The notes under the pieces are model-generated. The model was not told the DNA's origin. It did no database searches and saw nothing but the letters and a program-made list of their open reading frames with translations. Both the position numbers and the translations under genes were made by a program. A stretch of 64,000 nucleotides of DNA from Phoronis australis (taxonomy: Eukaryota; Animalia; Phoronida): the NCBI GenBank assembly GCA_002633005.1, contig NMRA01000406.1, positions 347,746-411,745 of the forward strand, written 5' to 3'. Every line of letters starts with the position of its first letter. Positions within the stretch are counted from its first letter, which is position 1. Positions 52,922 through 64,000 of this stretch are shown here, piece by piece.

Positions 52922-53655
52922 GTGATTTGTGGGATTCAAAACCAGGCCATGAGGATAATAACCAGTGCATCTAGACCCACTCCTGTAGACAGTCTACAAT
53001 ACTGGTTAGGTATCAATAGCATCCGTACTAAACAGAAGACACTAGCAGCCCAAGAATTTCTAAAGGCAGCTACAACCAACTCTCATCCTCTGTACGTGCA
53101 TGGACTTGAGAGAGCATAGTGATGAGCACACTGCACAGAGGCAGAAAACTGTTCAATCACGGGTTATTGAAGCTAGGGAGCTTGTCGAAGAGGTATGTCC
53201 AGTGGAGAACATCAATAGCATAGAGTGGTCCAAAGCCACAAACTTTTGTCATCAACACCATGGAGATTGGAGGCCGTCATTGGCAGGAAAGAGCTGACTG
53301 TATCAATCAAGCAACTGTATCGGAACGGCTTGAAGAACAATCTCCCACAATCATTGTTGCAACGGACGGCTCACTAAGAGATGACACTACGGCTTGGGTA
53401 GCAGTTGCTTGGACTCATGAGTGTCAACACCTCTTCGAATGGCCAACAGCACGGGTTGGAAAATCCTCGTCTTTAAGAGCTGAATGTTAAGCATATGAAG
53501 ACGCCCTAGTCTGGTGCTCACAGAACACAACACCTGCAGACAGATCATTTCTACTTACAAACTCCCTCAGCCTCATTAGCAGGCTAAAAACTGGTCATGT
53601 GAAAGATTCCTGGATCCCTCTGTTCAGCTCTATTAATGGTCTCTTCACCAGTGTT
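52922..53655 (+). mobile_element. Degenerate RNase H-bearing non-LTR retrotransposon fragment (I-group: Ingi/Nimb/I-like)
   Basis: IQNQAMRIITSA...TPVDSL (post-RT), then IIVATDGS...SSLRAE..A...AL...LLTNSLSLI (RNase H catalytic motifs), with frameshifts and stops. Confidence 0.75.
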
Positions 53656-53723
53656 NNNNNNNNNNNNNNNNNNNNNNNNNNNNNNNNNNNNNNNNNNNNN
53701 NNNNNNNNNNNNNNNNNNNTTAA

Positions 53724-55395
53724 AGGAGCATGCCACCCAAAAAACAACCTAATTTGTATCAATTTAGATCGAGTAGTTCTACTCCATAACGACACGCACG
53801 GTTGCGTTACCTGACACCTGACGGCAGACGGAGGTGTTGAAATTATCCAATGACGTCATCGGTTTCACACGCAGTCTGTTCAGCAGTTCACAACACGGGT
53901 TACTGGTGTCAGCTTATCGCTTGAAGTCATCGTTTAACACCAATAAATCATCAAACTTCGATGCAAAACCCTTAAAAATACATCGAGGTCTTATAAAAGC
54001 GTGTTGTTTTATTTCGCTCTTACGGATTTATTGGTATTTGGACACACCGTAGCCTACAAACTTCGGCAGGCCAATAAGGTCCGTAGCTAGCAGGAGTTTG
54101 GGGTCTGTTCGGAGATAATTTCGAAGTATTTTCCGTGAGATACAGACATGAGAACCTAGATCTGTGTTGTTTAGACTTGTGATTTTTTGATTTCTAAACA
54201 CAAAACGCTTGTTATCCTGCCGCCAGTGGCTCGGAGCCCGATCAGGCCCGTCGCGGCCGGCCGGATTGTTATCTCGACCAGTGGCTCGGAAACTGATCAG
54301 ACATCACGAACATAAACCAGCCAAAGTTCAGTGGAAACTAAACTTCCAGTCAAGAAAATACTATACTAGTGAGCCAAAGTAATGTGCACCTGATTATGTT
54401 GGTGAATTAGCCACAAAACTGTAAATCTACTTACTCGTCAGGGGCCGCGAATTCAGGTTCCGCTTTGGCAACAGCACCGTCAGGGCAGAAGTTGTACACT
54501 GACAAACATTATTTGAGTAATGTAAAAGGAAATAAAGATTCCCCTAACACCTGGCTGTGGGACGGAAATCGAGTTGTTTCACAACAGTTTCTGCCAGAAA
54601 ACACTAAATTAACATGAGCTCACACGGCCTCGGTGTCCCGTCAATTAGTTTTATTGCACCTAAAGCCGGTAACGCAGTGATTTATTCATTGCTGGCTTCA
54701 CAAATCATTTGCACTCAAGAACACTCCAAAGGCATTAGAAATTGCATATAATGAGATAGACTTTGTTTCAGTTTTATATAAGTATTGGTTAGGGTGAGAA
54801 TAATTCATTCAGTAATTTATAAACGTCAACATGGCAACTCGCAATCCCGACTTAGGACGAGCTAGAGCTCATAAGTCCCGACTTCGCAGGTGGATCTTTA
54901 AGTTTTACAGGCTATCAATTCGAACAGAAATACAGTGATGAAGAAATACTAGAGAGGCGCCGTGAACAAGCTCAGACAACGAAAAGTATGGAGTTATTTG
55001 GTAAGCCGGCATTCGTCAGACACTGTCGACGTCTGCAGGCCACAGACACGGAGATGTTTCACGGCCTCATACTTGGTATTTACAGCGTACATTTCATTCT
55101 TCGCTACCATGAGCCATTTCCTAAGCATTTTGGACTTTCGAGGAAGTAAAAAAAAAACGATATACCCGCTGTCCTCGCAGCTGCTTAGTTCGCACAAGCG
55201 GGGGAACGATGCACCGCAACATAGCGGCATTCACTCTGCATACGAACCACTGACGTCGCTAGCGTCGTTTCTCACCTTCCTCACAGGTTAACGCGACACC
55301 TCTTGGCAAGGTAAGGTTGACCGTATGCGAGGCGGTGTGGATATAGACCGATTAAGACGTCAAAAAAGACTAATTAAATCGGGTGGCATTCGCCT
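53724..55395. mobile_element. Non-autonomous Kolobok-type DNA transposon, copy 2
   Basis: TTAA|AGGAGCATGCCACCC ... GGGTGGCATTCGCCT|TTAA; colinear with 33118-34797; THAP-like ORF 54994-55230 (-). Confidence 0.8.
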
Positions 55396-55607
55396 TTAAG
55401 TTTGCTAAAAAACTAGACGATTGAAGAGCAAAAATCAGTTTATTTGACCGACTTATATGTCGCCTGGTCACCATGGCCACATTCATTGAATCTATGTTTT
55501 ACCCCAGCATTTAGGGCAAGCAACCACAACACTGAGCATAGGTTATCTGAACACTCTCATCTTAATTCTTATGTTATTACAAAAGGAGTTTTAAAGAAGG
55601 AGTATAT

Positions 55608-55900
55608 TCAACATCGGCCACAAAGATTTCTTTTCCACACAAATTCGCCACTCATCAGGCCATACACTTTCTGATTCATGAAGTATGGTGACTTGTGGTT
55701 AATGTCAGCAGCAAAATGAGAATATAGGTCAAGATGCTTGGTCAAGATTCTCTGGCACAAAGTATTATTTGGGCCCCTTAGCGATAAATTGACACGTGAT
55801 TGATGAGAAGCGCCATCTGTTTGTGGTAAAAGTTTTGGATGAGCGGGTACCTTTTGCAGTGACCACCATCTCTGTTGAACAGTCTCAGTATGGTGGCACT
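55608..55900 (-). pseudogene. Possible Merlin/ISXO2-like transposase C-terminal remnant
   Basis: HTETVQQRWWSLQK, KHLDLY and EFVWKRN resemble the ISXO2-type HTxxxExxWxxLK ... HLxxYLxEFxWR motifs, with insertions. Confidence 0.35.
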
Positions 55901-56009
55901 GAACAGTTAGGCCGCAGCCGCGGCCAGTTTGCACTCCCAAATTTAGTGGTAGGCCAGGCTTGGAGGCATTTTTAGTATTCTACATAAAGCCTTGTGAATG
56001 TGGTTTGAA

Positions 56010-56605
56010 ATGCTGAGAATGAAAAAAGGACACTTTCTTGGCTGTAGCTGCACTCTAAATCTTCAAGATGGTGGCCCCATTGTTGCAATTGTGCATTGCT
56101 GCGTAGCAACTGAGAAATTGAGGTAGCCCTCATACAAGCTAGATTTATAAAAAAAACTAGTTGGTTGACAGTATTTTTGGAACACTTTTTTGGAATTGGT
56201 AGGAATTTTTTTTTTTCAGAATCTAATGGGCTTAAGTCCAGCATTGGCAGGGAAGTGGTGGTTTTAGGGTGAAAACTGATGATTTAGCATTTTTTTGAAT
56301 GGCTTGTTTGTATTTGTGAACATGATGAGAATGAAAAAAGGCCACTTTCTTGACTGTAGCTGCGCTCTTCTTCAAGATGGTGGCCCCTGATGCAGTTGTG
56401 CATTGCTGTGTAGCAACTGAGAAATTGGCTGTGATTTCATGTAGCCCTCATGCAAACCAGATTTGTAAAATCTAGTTGCTTGATAGTACTTTTGGACCAC
56501 ATTTTTGGAATCTGTAAAAAATTTGCTTTGGGAATCTATTGTTGGGTTAAGTCCAGCATCGGCACAGAAGTGGTGGTTTTAAGGTGAAAAGTGCCAATTT
56601 TGCAT
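56010..56605. repeat. ~312-bp direct tandem duplication (diverged)
   Basis: GAGAATGAAAAAAGG..CACTTTCTTG at ~56015 and ~56327, colinear through GTGGTGGTTTTA. Confidence 0.8.
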
Positions 56606-58291
56606 TCTTTTACCCTTGTTTCTGTGCTCATCTGTATGGCTGGTGATGTGAAATGACTCAAAACTTTTCTTTATTTGCATGCAGTTTTTGACAGAGTGAG
56701 GAAAGAGTAAAGAGTACATTGACGTGTGTTCCGATAGGCAAACCTGTGAGAACTGTTCTGTGCCTTCACCAGAATTTCATTTGCCAATCTCTGCATGTAT
56801 GGCATGGCACACCATAGACTCAAAGTTGACCTATTAAGAGTTATTAACCCAACATTGGGAATTACAAAAATGCAACAGATTTTGCTGTTTTATGGCTCTT
56901 GTTAAAGCTAATAATTTTAAAAGTTGTATCTTACAAAACAACAACAATCCGAACAATGGTTTTTGCAGTCCTTAAACCTATTGTGTCCCTTTGACTGGCA
57001 TCAGAATGGTGAATGTTGAGCTTAGCAAGTTTTGATGTGACTTGGGAATCACCGCATAGCAGCAGTTAGATTTTGTGTCAGATGGACATTCAGCACTGTA
57101 GGTAAATCCTACTGAATCAGGATAGGGTTGTGGTGTTTTGTGTGGCTGTTGATCTTGCTGTTCACAGGACAAGTCATTGCAACAGGTGGAGAATTTCTCA
57201 CTTACACTGGTCACAGCTCTGATTCCCTAAGCCCCAGACAACTTATATGATGCCTATTCAGTGCGCCCTTTGTATTGATGTAGGTCTGAGTTTGAAGTGG
57301 CAAGGTAATAGCTAATACCCAAATTGTTTTTCTCTGGCATTTGGACAGTGTTAAAGCCTGCGATGTGGAGAGAAGTGTTAACTTGGTATATTTTAAATAT
57401 TACAAAAAGACTAAAAAGTTAATTTGCATTGATCTTGATAAAGGGCCACTTCCCAAAGGAATGTTGGTTTTGAATATTTTTCATACCTGTTTTCATTACT
57501 TTATTTTAATACTCCTGTCTAGTTGTTTTTTTTTCTTACCGGTTACTGTTGCTGTCTTTTAATTTTGTGTTTAAACAAAGTAACTATCAAAACAACTTAG
57601 AAGTCAGTTAAGTGTGAACCCATCCCTGAATTTTTCAGATTACAGCCACACAAAACATTTCACAGCAAACAAAACTACATGTGTCATTAGTTCAAGTTCA
57701 GTCTCTATTAGAACTCAAATCATTAAATATATACAAAAGTGCAAATATGGTGATAGCCAAACTGAAGATTTGGAACCTCTGAACAGTTTTGGTTGCAGTA
57801 ACTACATAACTATTCTAGCTTTTCCTCAGTCTTAAAAAATGATATCACAGCTCTTGTCCACCGACCAACCTCATCCACCGCTTGCACTCTCTCGTTGACT
57901 ACAGAGCTAGCCATTTAGTTGTCTTCACAGGTGTTCACTCACAACTACAAGCTAAGATCGAAATGTGTGCATTTCTACAAATATCAGTTTTCCGGTTAGT
58001 GTACTACTCCTGGAGTAAAGTGGTTCGGCATGCAATGGGCTATAAGTGATGTTTTAAAAATTACTGTGTGTTGTTTATTTAGATGTTTTAGTGTACCTTA
58101 GTTGTTAGTTGTATATTAAAAGAATAATCCAAACATTCCTGTTTTTTTCGTCTGAATACAGCTGTGGTATTTGTTTTCAACAAAAACAATTGGTTAATGC
58201 ATTTTGAAAATTCGCCAGTATATACAGGCATAGATGTTTACTACAGTTTATGGTCAAGTAATTACACTTAATTGGGTCTTGTTCTCACCAG

Positions 58292-58814
58292 ACAATGCAG
58301 TCATCGCAACTAAGTTCGACTCTGGCACCGTGCTCCCTTTGATCTCGGTAAAAGCGGCTTTGAGGAGGAGGAAAGGTGAAAAGTCACGCATATCTTTTGA
58401 AATGCGTGACTTTTGTAAGCGTAAAATTCATGGCATGAAGATGGCATTGTGATAAAAATAATTGTTTGTAAAACCTCCTTGTAACATGTTGTCCAGGTTT
58501 TGGCATTGAGATAAAAGTTATTGTTTGTAAAACCTCCTTGTAACATGTTGTCCAGGTTTGTTGGTCTTGCTTTTGTTTTACAAATAGAATGTCTTTTTCA
58601 GAATATGTAGAGAGAGTTGCATCCCACACCATTTGTTGATGCTATGTACAATGTGATGCCACGTCAAAAAGATCTGCGTGGTAACATCTTGGAGATTAAG
58701 TCAGCTGTGGAAATGGCCGTCAGCACAAAAATGCCCCTAACACACAGGCAGTTCCAGTCTCTCAAGTTCCATCTGGATAGCAAAGTGGACAATTACTGTG
58801 TCTACGACATTAAG
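58292..58814 (+). pseudogene. Two exon-like segments (58292-58375, 58588-58814) of an unidentified gene with one in-frame stop
   Basis: Phase-compatible AG/GT boundaries; NAVIATKFDSGTVLPLISVKAALRRRK-E-CLFQNM*RELHPTPFVDAMYNVMP...YDIK. Confidence 0.35.
58450..58559. repeat. ~59-bp tandem duplication
   Basis: ATTGTTTGTAAAACCTCCTTGTAACATGTTGTCCAGGTTT occurs twice. Confidence 0.85.
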
Positions 58815-61656
58815 GTAACAAGTGTGACATTTACGCTCTTAAACCTTCTCAGGCTGTTTATGCTATAATACTACGCTGTTCTTCCTCATAAAGACATACG
58901 GTAAAAATTCCTGAATTTCAGACAGCGAAAAAATTATTGTTTTGAACTTGCCAAAAATTTTAGAAATATGAGAAAGACAACAAAATCTTTTGCATCTGAA
59001 ATCCTAGAATTTATACAGTCTGCTGCCAACAACTGTTTCAGGATCGTTAATGCTGACAAGAAATTCAAACAAGGTCTCAAAAACATAAACAGTGATGTTA
59101 CTGACTCTGAACACAATNNNNNNNNNNNNNNNNNNNNNNNNNNNNNNNNNNNNNNNNNNNNNNNNNNNNNNNNNNNNNNNNNNNNNNNNNNNNNNNNNNN
59201 NNNNNNNNNNNNNNNNNNNNNNNNNNNNNNNNNNNNNNNNNNNNNNNNNNNNNNNNNNNNNNNNNNNNNNNNNNNNNNNNNNNNNNNNNNNNNNNNNNNN
59301 NNNNNNNNNNNNNNNNNNNNNNNNNNNNNNNNNNNNNNNNNNNNNNNNNNNNNNNNNNNNNNNNNNNNNNNNNNNNNNNNNNNNNNNNNNNNNNNNNNNN
59401 NNNNNNNNNNNNNNNNNNNNNNNNNNNNNNNNNNNNNNNNNNNNNNNNNNNNNNNNNNNNNNNNNNNNNNNNNNNNNNNNNNNNNNNNNNNNNNNNNNNN
59501 NNNNNNNNNNNNNNNNNNNNNNNNNNNNNNNNNNNNNNNNNNNNNNNNNNNNNNNNNNNNNNNNNNNNNNNNNNNNNNNNNNNNNNNNNNNNNNNNNNNN
59601 NNNNNNNNNNNNNNNNNNNNNNNNNNNNNNNNNNNNNNNNNNNNNNNNNNNNNNNNNNNNNNNNNNNNNNNNNNNNNNNNNNNNNNNNNNNNNNNNNNNN
59701 NNNNNNNNNNNNNNNNNNNNNNNNNNNNNNNNNNNNNNNNNNNNNNNNNNNNNNNNNNNNNNNNNNNNNNNNNNNNNNNNNNNNNNNNNNNNNNNNNNNN
59801 NNNNNNNNNNNNNNNNNNNNNNNNNNNNNNNNNNNNNNNNNNNTAATAAATCACTTTGTTAGGATTTCATATGCATATGAAATTGTCCGCATGTCTTACG
59901 AATATGGAAAAATGAGTACGTGCTTCCATTTCTAAAAGAATATGAGGTAGGAATGTTGATAAATTATCAACCACGATACATTCATCAATCCCATGTCAAG
60001 ATCGCACTATCTCACCGCGCGACAGAAAAGTTTAGGGCTGCTGCGCTTCAACCTCGCCCATTGCAAGTACTCGCATGGTCAGATCAAAACTAAATGTAGT
60101 TAGTAGGCTACCCTGTCACTGCCACTCTTCACAAAGTCTCGTTCAGTCTTCTTAATTTTAAAACCGCCGATGGTCGCCACATCTCAGACCCATGCCCCAG
60201 ATGATATGTCCCTAATTGAGAATGAGTCTGTAGTTAGATTCAAGAATAACGATTGCCCGTGATTGGAACTGGGCTCTTCTGTAAACAATGTAAATCAACA
60301 TTGTGAGACTATTCAACTCTTGCACACCCTTTAAATGATTACTAAATAGACACAAATACGACACTTTATTCATGTTAGTTCTGAATCATTAGTTGAAAAT
60401 CAGAGTAATGAACTGTCGGAGTTCTGGTTTTGGAATATTGTGGACATTTGAAGTAGTGAACTTCCGAAGGTAGCAAACCTTCAGAGTAGTGAACCTCCCT
60501 TGTAACATTGGAAGTCTTTTCCCACAAGATTGTTGCTTGTATGAAATCTGCAAGGCTGTGCACCATTGACATTGATCTATAACAGTAGACTTTCTTCATT
60601 GATCAAAGTTTTAATTAGGTCTAGACTTACCTAACAATGTGAACATTCGGGGATTCATCAGTGCAGAAAACATGGTAGCTAAATGTCTGATTTTTGTGGA
60701 ACGACAGAGTAGTCGGTGAACTTACCGTCGGCGTGTAGTGAATTTAAAAGANATTCGAAATTTGAAAATGCCATCACTTTATCCATACTATGCTAGAAAG
60801 TACACCAAAGTAGCAAATAACAAACCCTCTCAATTCTGCTGTTTTAGTTTTTTGTCGATTTTAAGGCATTGACACCGCACTACTTTGGGGATCTCTCTCA
60901 ATGCTATATGGTTTGAGCTAGGCATAGGCATTTACTTGTAGACTTCCATGTTACCCTATCGTGTAGAGACCACTCGTTCTTTCAATGCCGATGAATAACA
61001 TCAAGCCTTTTCTAATCGTCATCTACGCAGTCACCACTCGGGCTGGATATGACTTAATGCCTATGTGAAGCGCTTTACAAGGAAACAAATTCAAAATTAA
61101 TATTAAGTTGCTTAAGATTGTGGTTAGTAAAACTAGTAGTTACAACAGTTTTGTTGCCCATATGCATCTGATTTTATCCTGTGGTATAGGGCTAGGGCTG
61201 GACCTTTTCCTTGGCGGGGGGTTCGATTGAACCCTGTAAACCCTTCCCCCTGGCTACGGGCCTGCAACATGTGCGACATACTTATGAGTCACCTGTCACT
61301 CAAACAGTCCCACCGAAACAGCTTTCCAGAAAACGAGATAATGTAAATAAGGTCCCACAGTGTTGGCTTTCAAACTAGGTTCAAAGAATTAAGACCTGTC
61401 AATCATTAGCACGTGTTTGGTTGCCTAAGTGTCTAGCGAGGAGCAAATCTCAACAAAATCATTCGCTTCTCTTAGAAATTAATGGCGAACTAGTGTAGCC
61501 TTGCATGATCTTGCTCTTTTCTCAGGAAATTTGCCCTACCGAATGCAGGGCTACCTTAGTTTTAAGACATAAATACCCAATCACACTCGGGATTACGGCG
61601 CCACTGCATCGTGTGCACTATTCCACTTCAAGCTGTCAAAGTCTGTTACTTCAATC

Positions 61657-61920
61657 CGTTGATGAATATTTTAACTGACATACTTAGAAGTCCGACATCA
61701 GTGTAGCTCAGTGAGGATAAAAGTCAGTCCTCCGTGCAATAAGTACCCTCTCCCGATTTAATTTTAAGCGCTCATGCTCGGCTTATACCGTTGATGAATA
61801 TTTTAACTGACGTACTTAGAAGTCCAACATCAGTGTAGCTCCGTGAGGATAAAAGTCAGTCCTTCTGTGCAATAAGTACCCTCTCCCGACTTAATTTTTA
61901 AGCGCTCATGCTCGGCTTAT
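61657..61920. repeat. ~131-bp tandem duplication
   Basis: CCGTTGATGAATATTTTAACTGAC...AAGCGCTCATGCTCGGCTTAT occurs twice. Confidence 0.85.
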
Positions 61921-64000
61921 CGCCCTTTCCCTGTTTTTTAGATTCCCAATTTAAGCGGTAACCCTGGATGTCTACGGGTAAATACAAAATAGGCTTGTAA
62001 ATAGAATGTCAGTAGAGAGACATAAAGATATATTTACAACATGAACATTTTACCGTATACTGTACGACAAACTAGGACATTGATTTTTGCTTTTCTCAAT
62101 GTCTGTTTAAACTTGACACTGAACAGCATCGTTTCGCCAATTCAGGCGCATGGCATAGCAGAGGTCAGGGCATCGTGAGGAAGGTTAAATATTGAAGACG
62201 TGAACCCGGGATTCGACTTGGTAACACAACCGTCTCATCACTGGTACTTATTATTAGCTGTTAATCCAAGAACAAAGCGTGACACTGGCAATTAACACGA
62301 AAGTTGGAGAACATGCATTTCATTGGCATAGTGAAACTGAAATCAAGCATGGCATGATTACGACTGCCAAGAAAATGTGCGAGATATGTACAAATCATCC
62401 ACATCGATAACTATAGATTGCGACGTCAGTCAATACATTATACCAGTGGCAAATTTAAACGATGCATAAATAATCACTGATCATTCGAAAAAGTGCACTT
62501 TCTGAAATGTGAGAATTACGTCCAATGCCGCTAAAATCGTTGGGTCCGAAATCTGAGAAGTATGGTGAATGCCAAATTCGACCGTGTCCCACATTTCAGA
62601 ATCAAAAAAATTCAGTTTGGGATTGGATTTAGGTGTCCGAAAACGAGGAGACTTTCCTAAATTTGGGAATTTTTACTGTAGCAGTATCGTGTTCACTACC
62701 TTTTATGTCTTAATGGACTATTTACCATGATCCCCGATTAAGAACATAGGTATTAATTTTTGGTTTACCGACTTTTAATAAATATCATCAATAAATAATA
62801 ATGTTAATAGTTTCCTAACACTCATGTGGAATTGAGAGATAACCTGCCATTCAATTTGACTTAGTGTAATTGGTCTCATTGTGTAATACAGTTTAAGTCC
62901 TGTTGTGAAACAAAATTTCGCGACTGATTCTGCAGAGGTGAATGACTTGGTTTTGAATGTGTTTTTGCTGATCTCTAAACAAAGGGAAATACAACTTTGA
63001 GGAAATCAACATTAAGGATCTTATTAGACACGTGTAACTCCATCTTTGTAGAGCCTGGGTTTCCATCTCAGATACCTGCTTTGAAGAATCTTCCTACTCC
63101 CTTCCTTTCCTTAATCATGCCATCGCGGAGATTGCAATCCAGTTGTCTACGATGACCAAATTGGTCGAGTTACATCTACGTCACAATCCATTGCTGGTGA
63201 CGATACCTGGTGAAGTGTCGCAGCTACTTATTAAAGGTGAATTTTGAACTCAGTTAATAATAGTTAGACTTTTATTGTACGTTGAAAATCAGTTGGTTAT
63301 AAAATTTGATAAAATTATATGAAGTGCGATTGTGTGTGCACCGGTAATGCTACTATTAGTCAAAGAAGTGCAATATTTCATTGGTGNATTTCAAAGTCTG
63401 AATTGAGAGTTAATTAACACTTCAGTATTTGATTTGCTGCTTTCAGCACACAATAGGAGGTTACACTAAAGGGTGTCTTGAAACCCATGTCCAATTATAA
63501 CCTTGCAAATGGGTATAATTGTATTTTATGATTGACACCTCCCTCTTCCTGCATTCAAATACTGTCAATGACACCATCTGACACCTTCAATACGAGACAC
63601 GTCTCATAGACATATTCAAAGGAGATGTCCTTCAGGAATGAAACACTCCCATGCTATGAACACTCGTACTAAATAAGATTGGTCCTAACCCCAATGGTCA
63701 AGGTAAACGGTGGGGTTTAGAAAATTGAACTAGACCGTATTTATCCACCTTGGCTGAGTCGCGCTCGGCTCACGATCAAAGGGATGCCGCCAAGCTGCTC
63801 TATTCATCGAGTCATGAGCGAGGATAATTGGCATTGCTCATGCGGATACAATCTAGCTAGCAGACTGTACTTTTTATGGAGAGAGTTTTATGTAGTTTTT
63901 ACTGTAATATTTGGAAAGAGGAGTGAAAACAAATATGAGTACAACTTTGAATTTTTCAAATCGGCCCAGGATAAGAGATTTTGCAACACAGCAACACTCT

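Noticed and set aside
61702-61725. GTGTAGCTCAGTG as a tRNA A-box
   Set aside because: No B-box or cloverleaf downstream; part of a 131-bp tandem duplication.

Overview
Eukaryotic (animal, probably invertebrate; AT-rich, GT-AG spliced genes) draft-assembly window with four N gaps (14216-14824, 39622-40548, 53656-53719, 59118-59843). The left ~36 kb is gene-dense. It holds the 3' exons of a FAM166/CIMIP2-family ciliary gene (+) and a complete 12-exon ACTR8/Arp8 gene (-, ~593 aa). It also holds an intronless 519-aa Ser-rich ORF (+) ending in paired PP1-docking SILK and RVxF motifs, head-to-head with ACTR8, and the five 3' exons of NHLRC2 (-). The right ~28 kb is repeat-dominated. Its main feature is a ~15.2-kb element (36237-51430) bounded by ~470-bp imperfect terminal inverted repeats and a TA duplication, carrying two same-orientation arrays of a ~190-bp satellite and nested MITEs, with no intact transposase. 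Other repeats across the window include two Kolobok-type (TTAA, THAP remnant) elements, LINE fragments and other TE debris. ACTR8 exon 1 and its promoter appear twice (24569-25783 / 25881-27101), probably an uncollapsed haplotype. No rRNA, tRNA or CRISPR array was found. All calls come from manual reading and recalled family motifs; no database searches were run.
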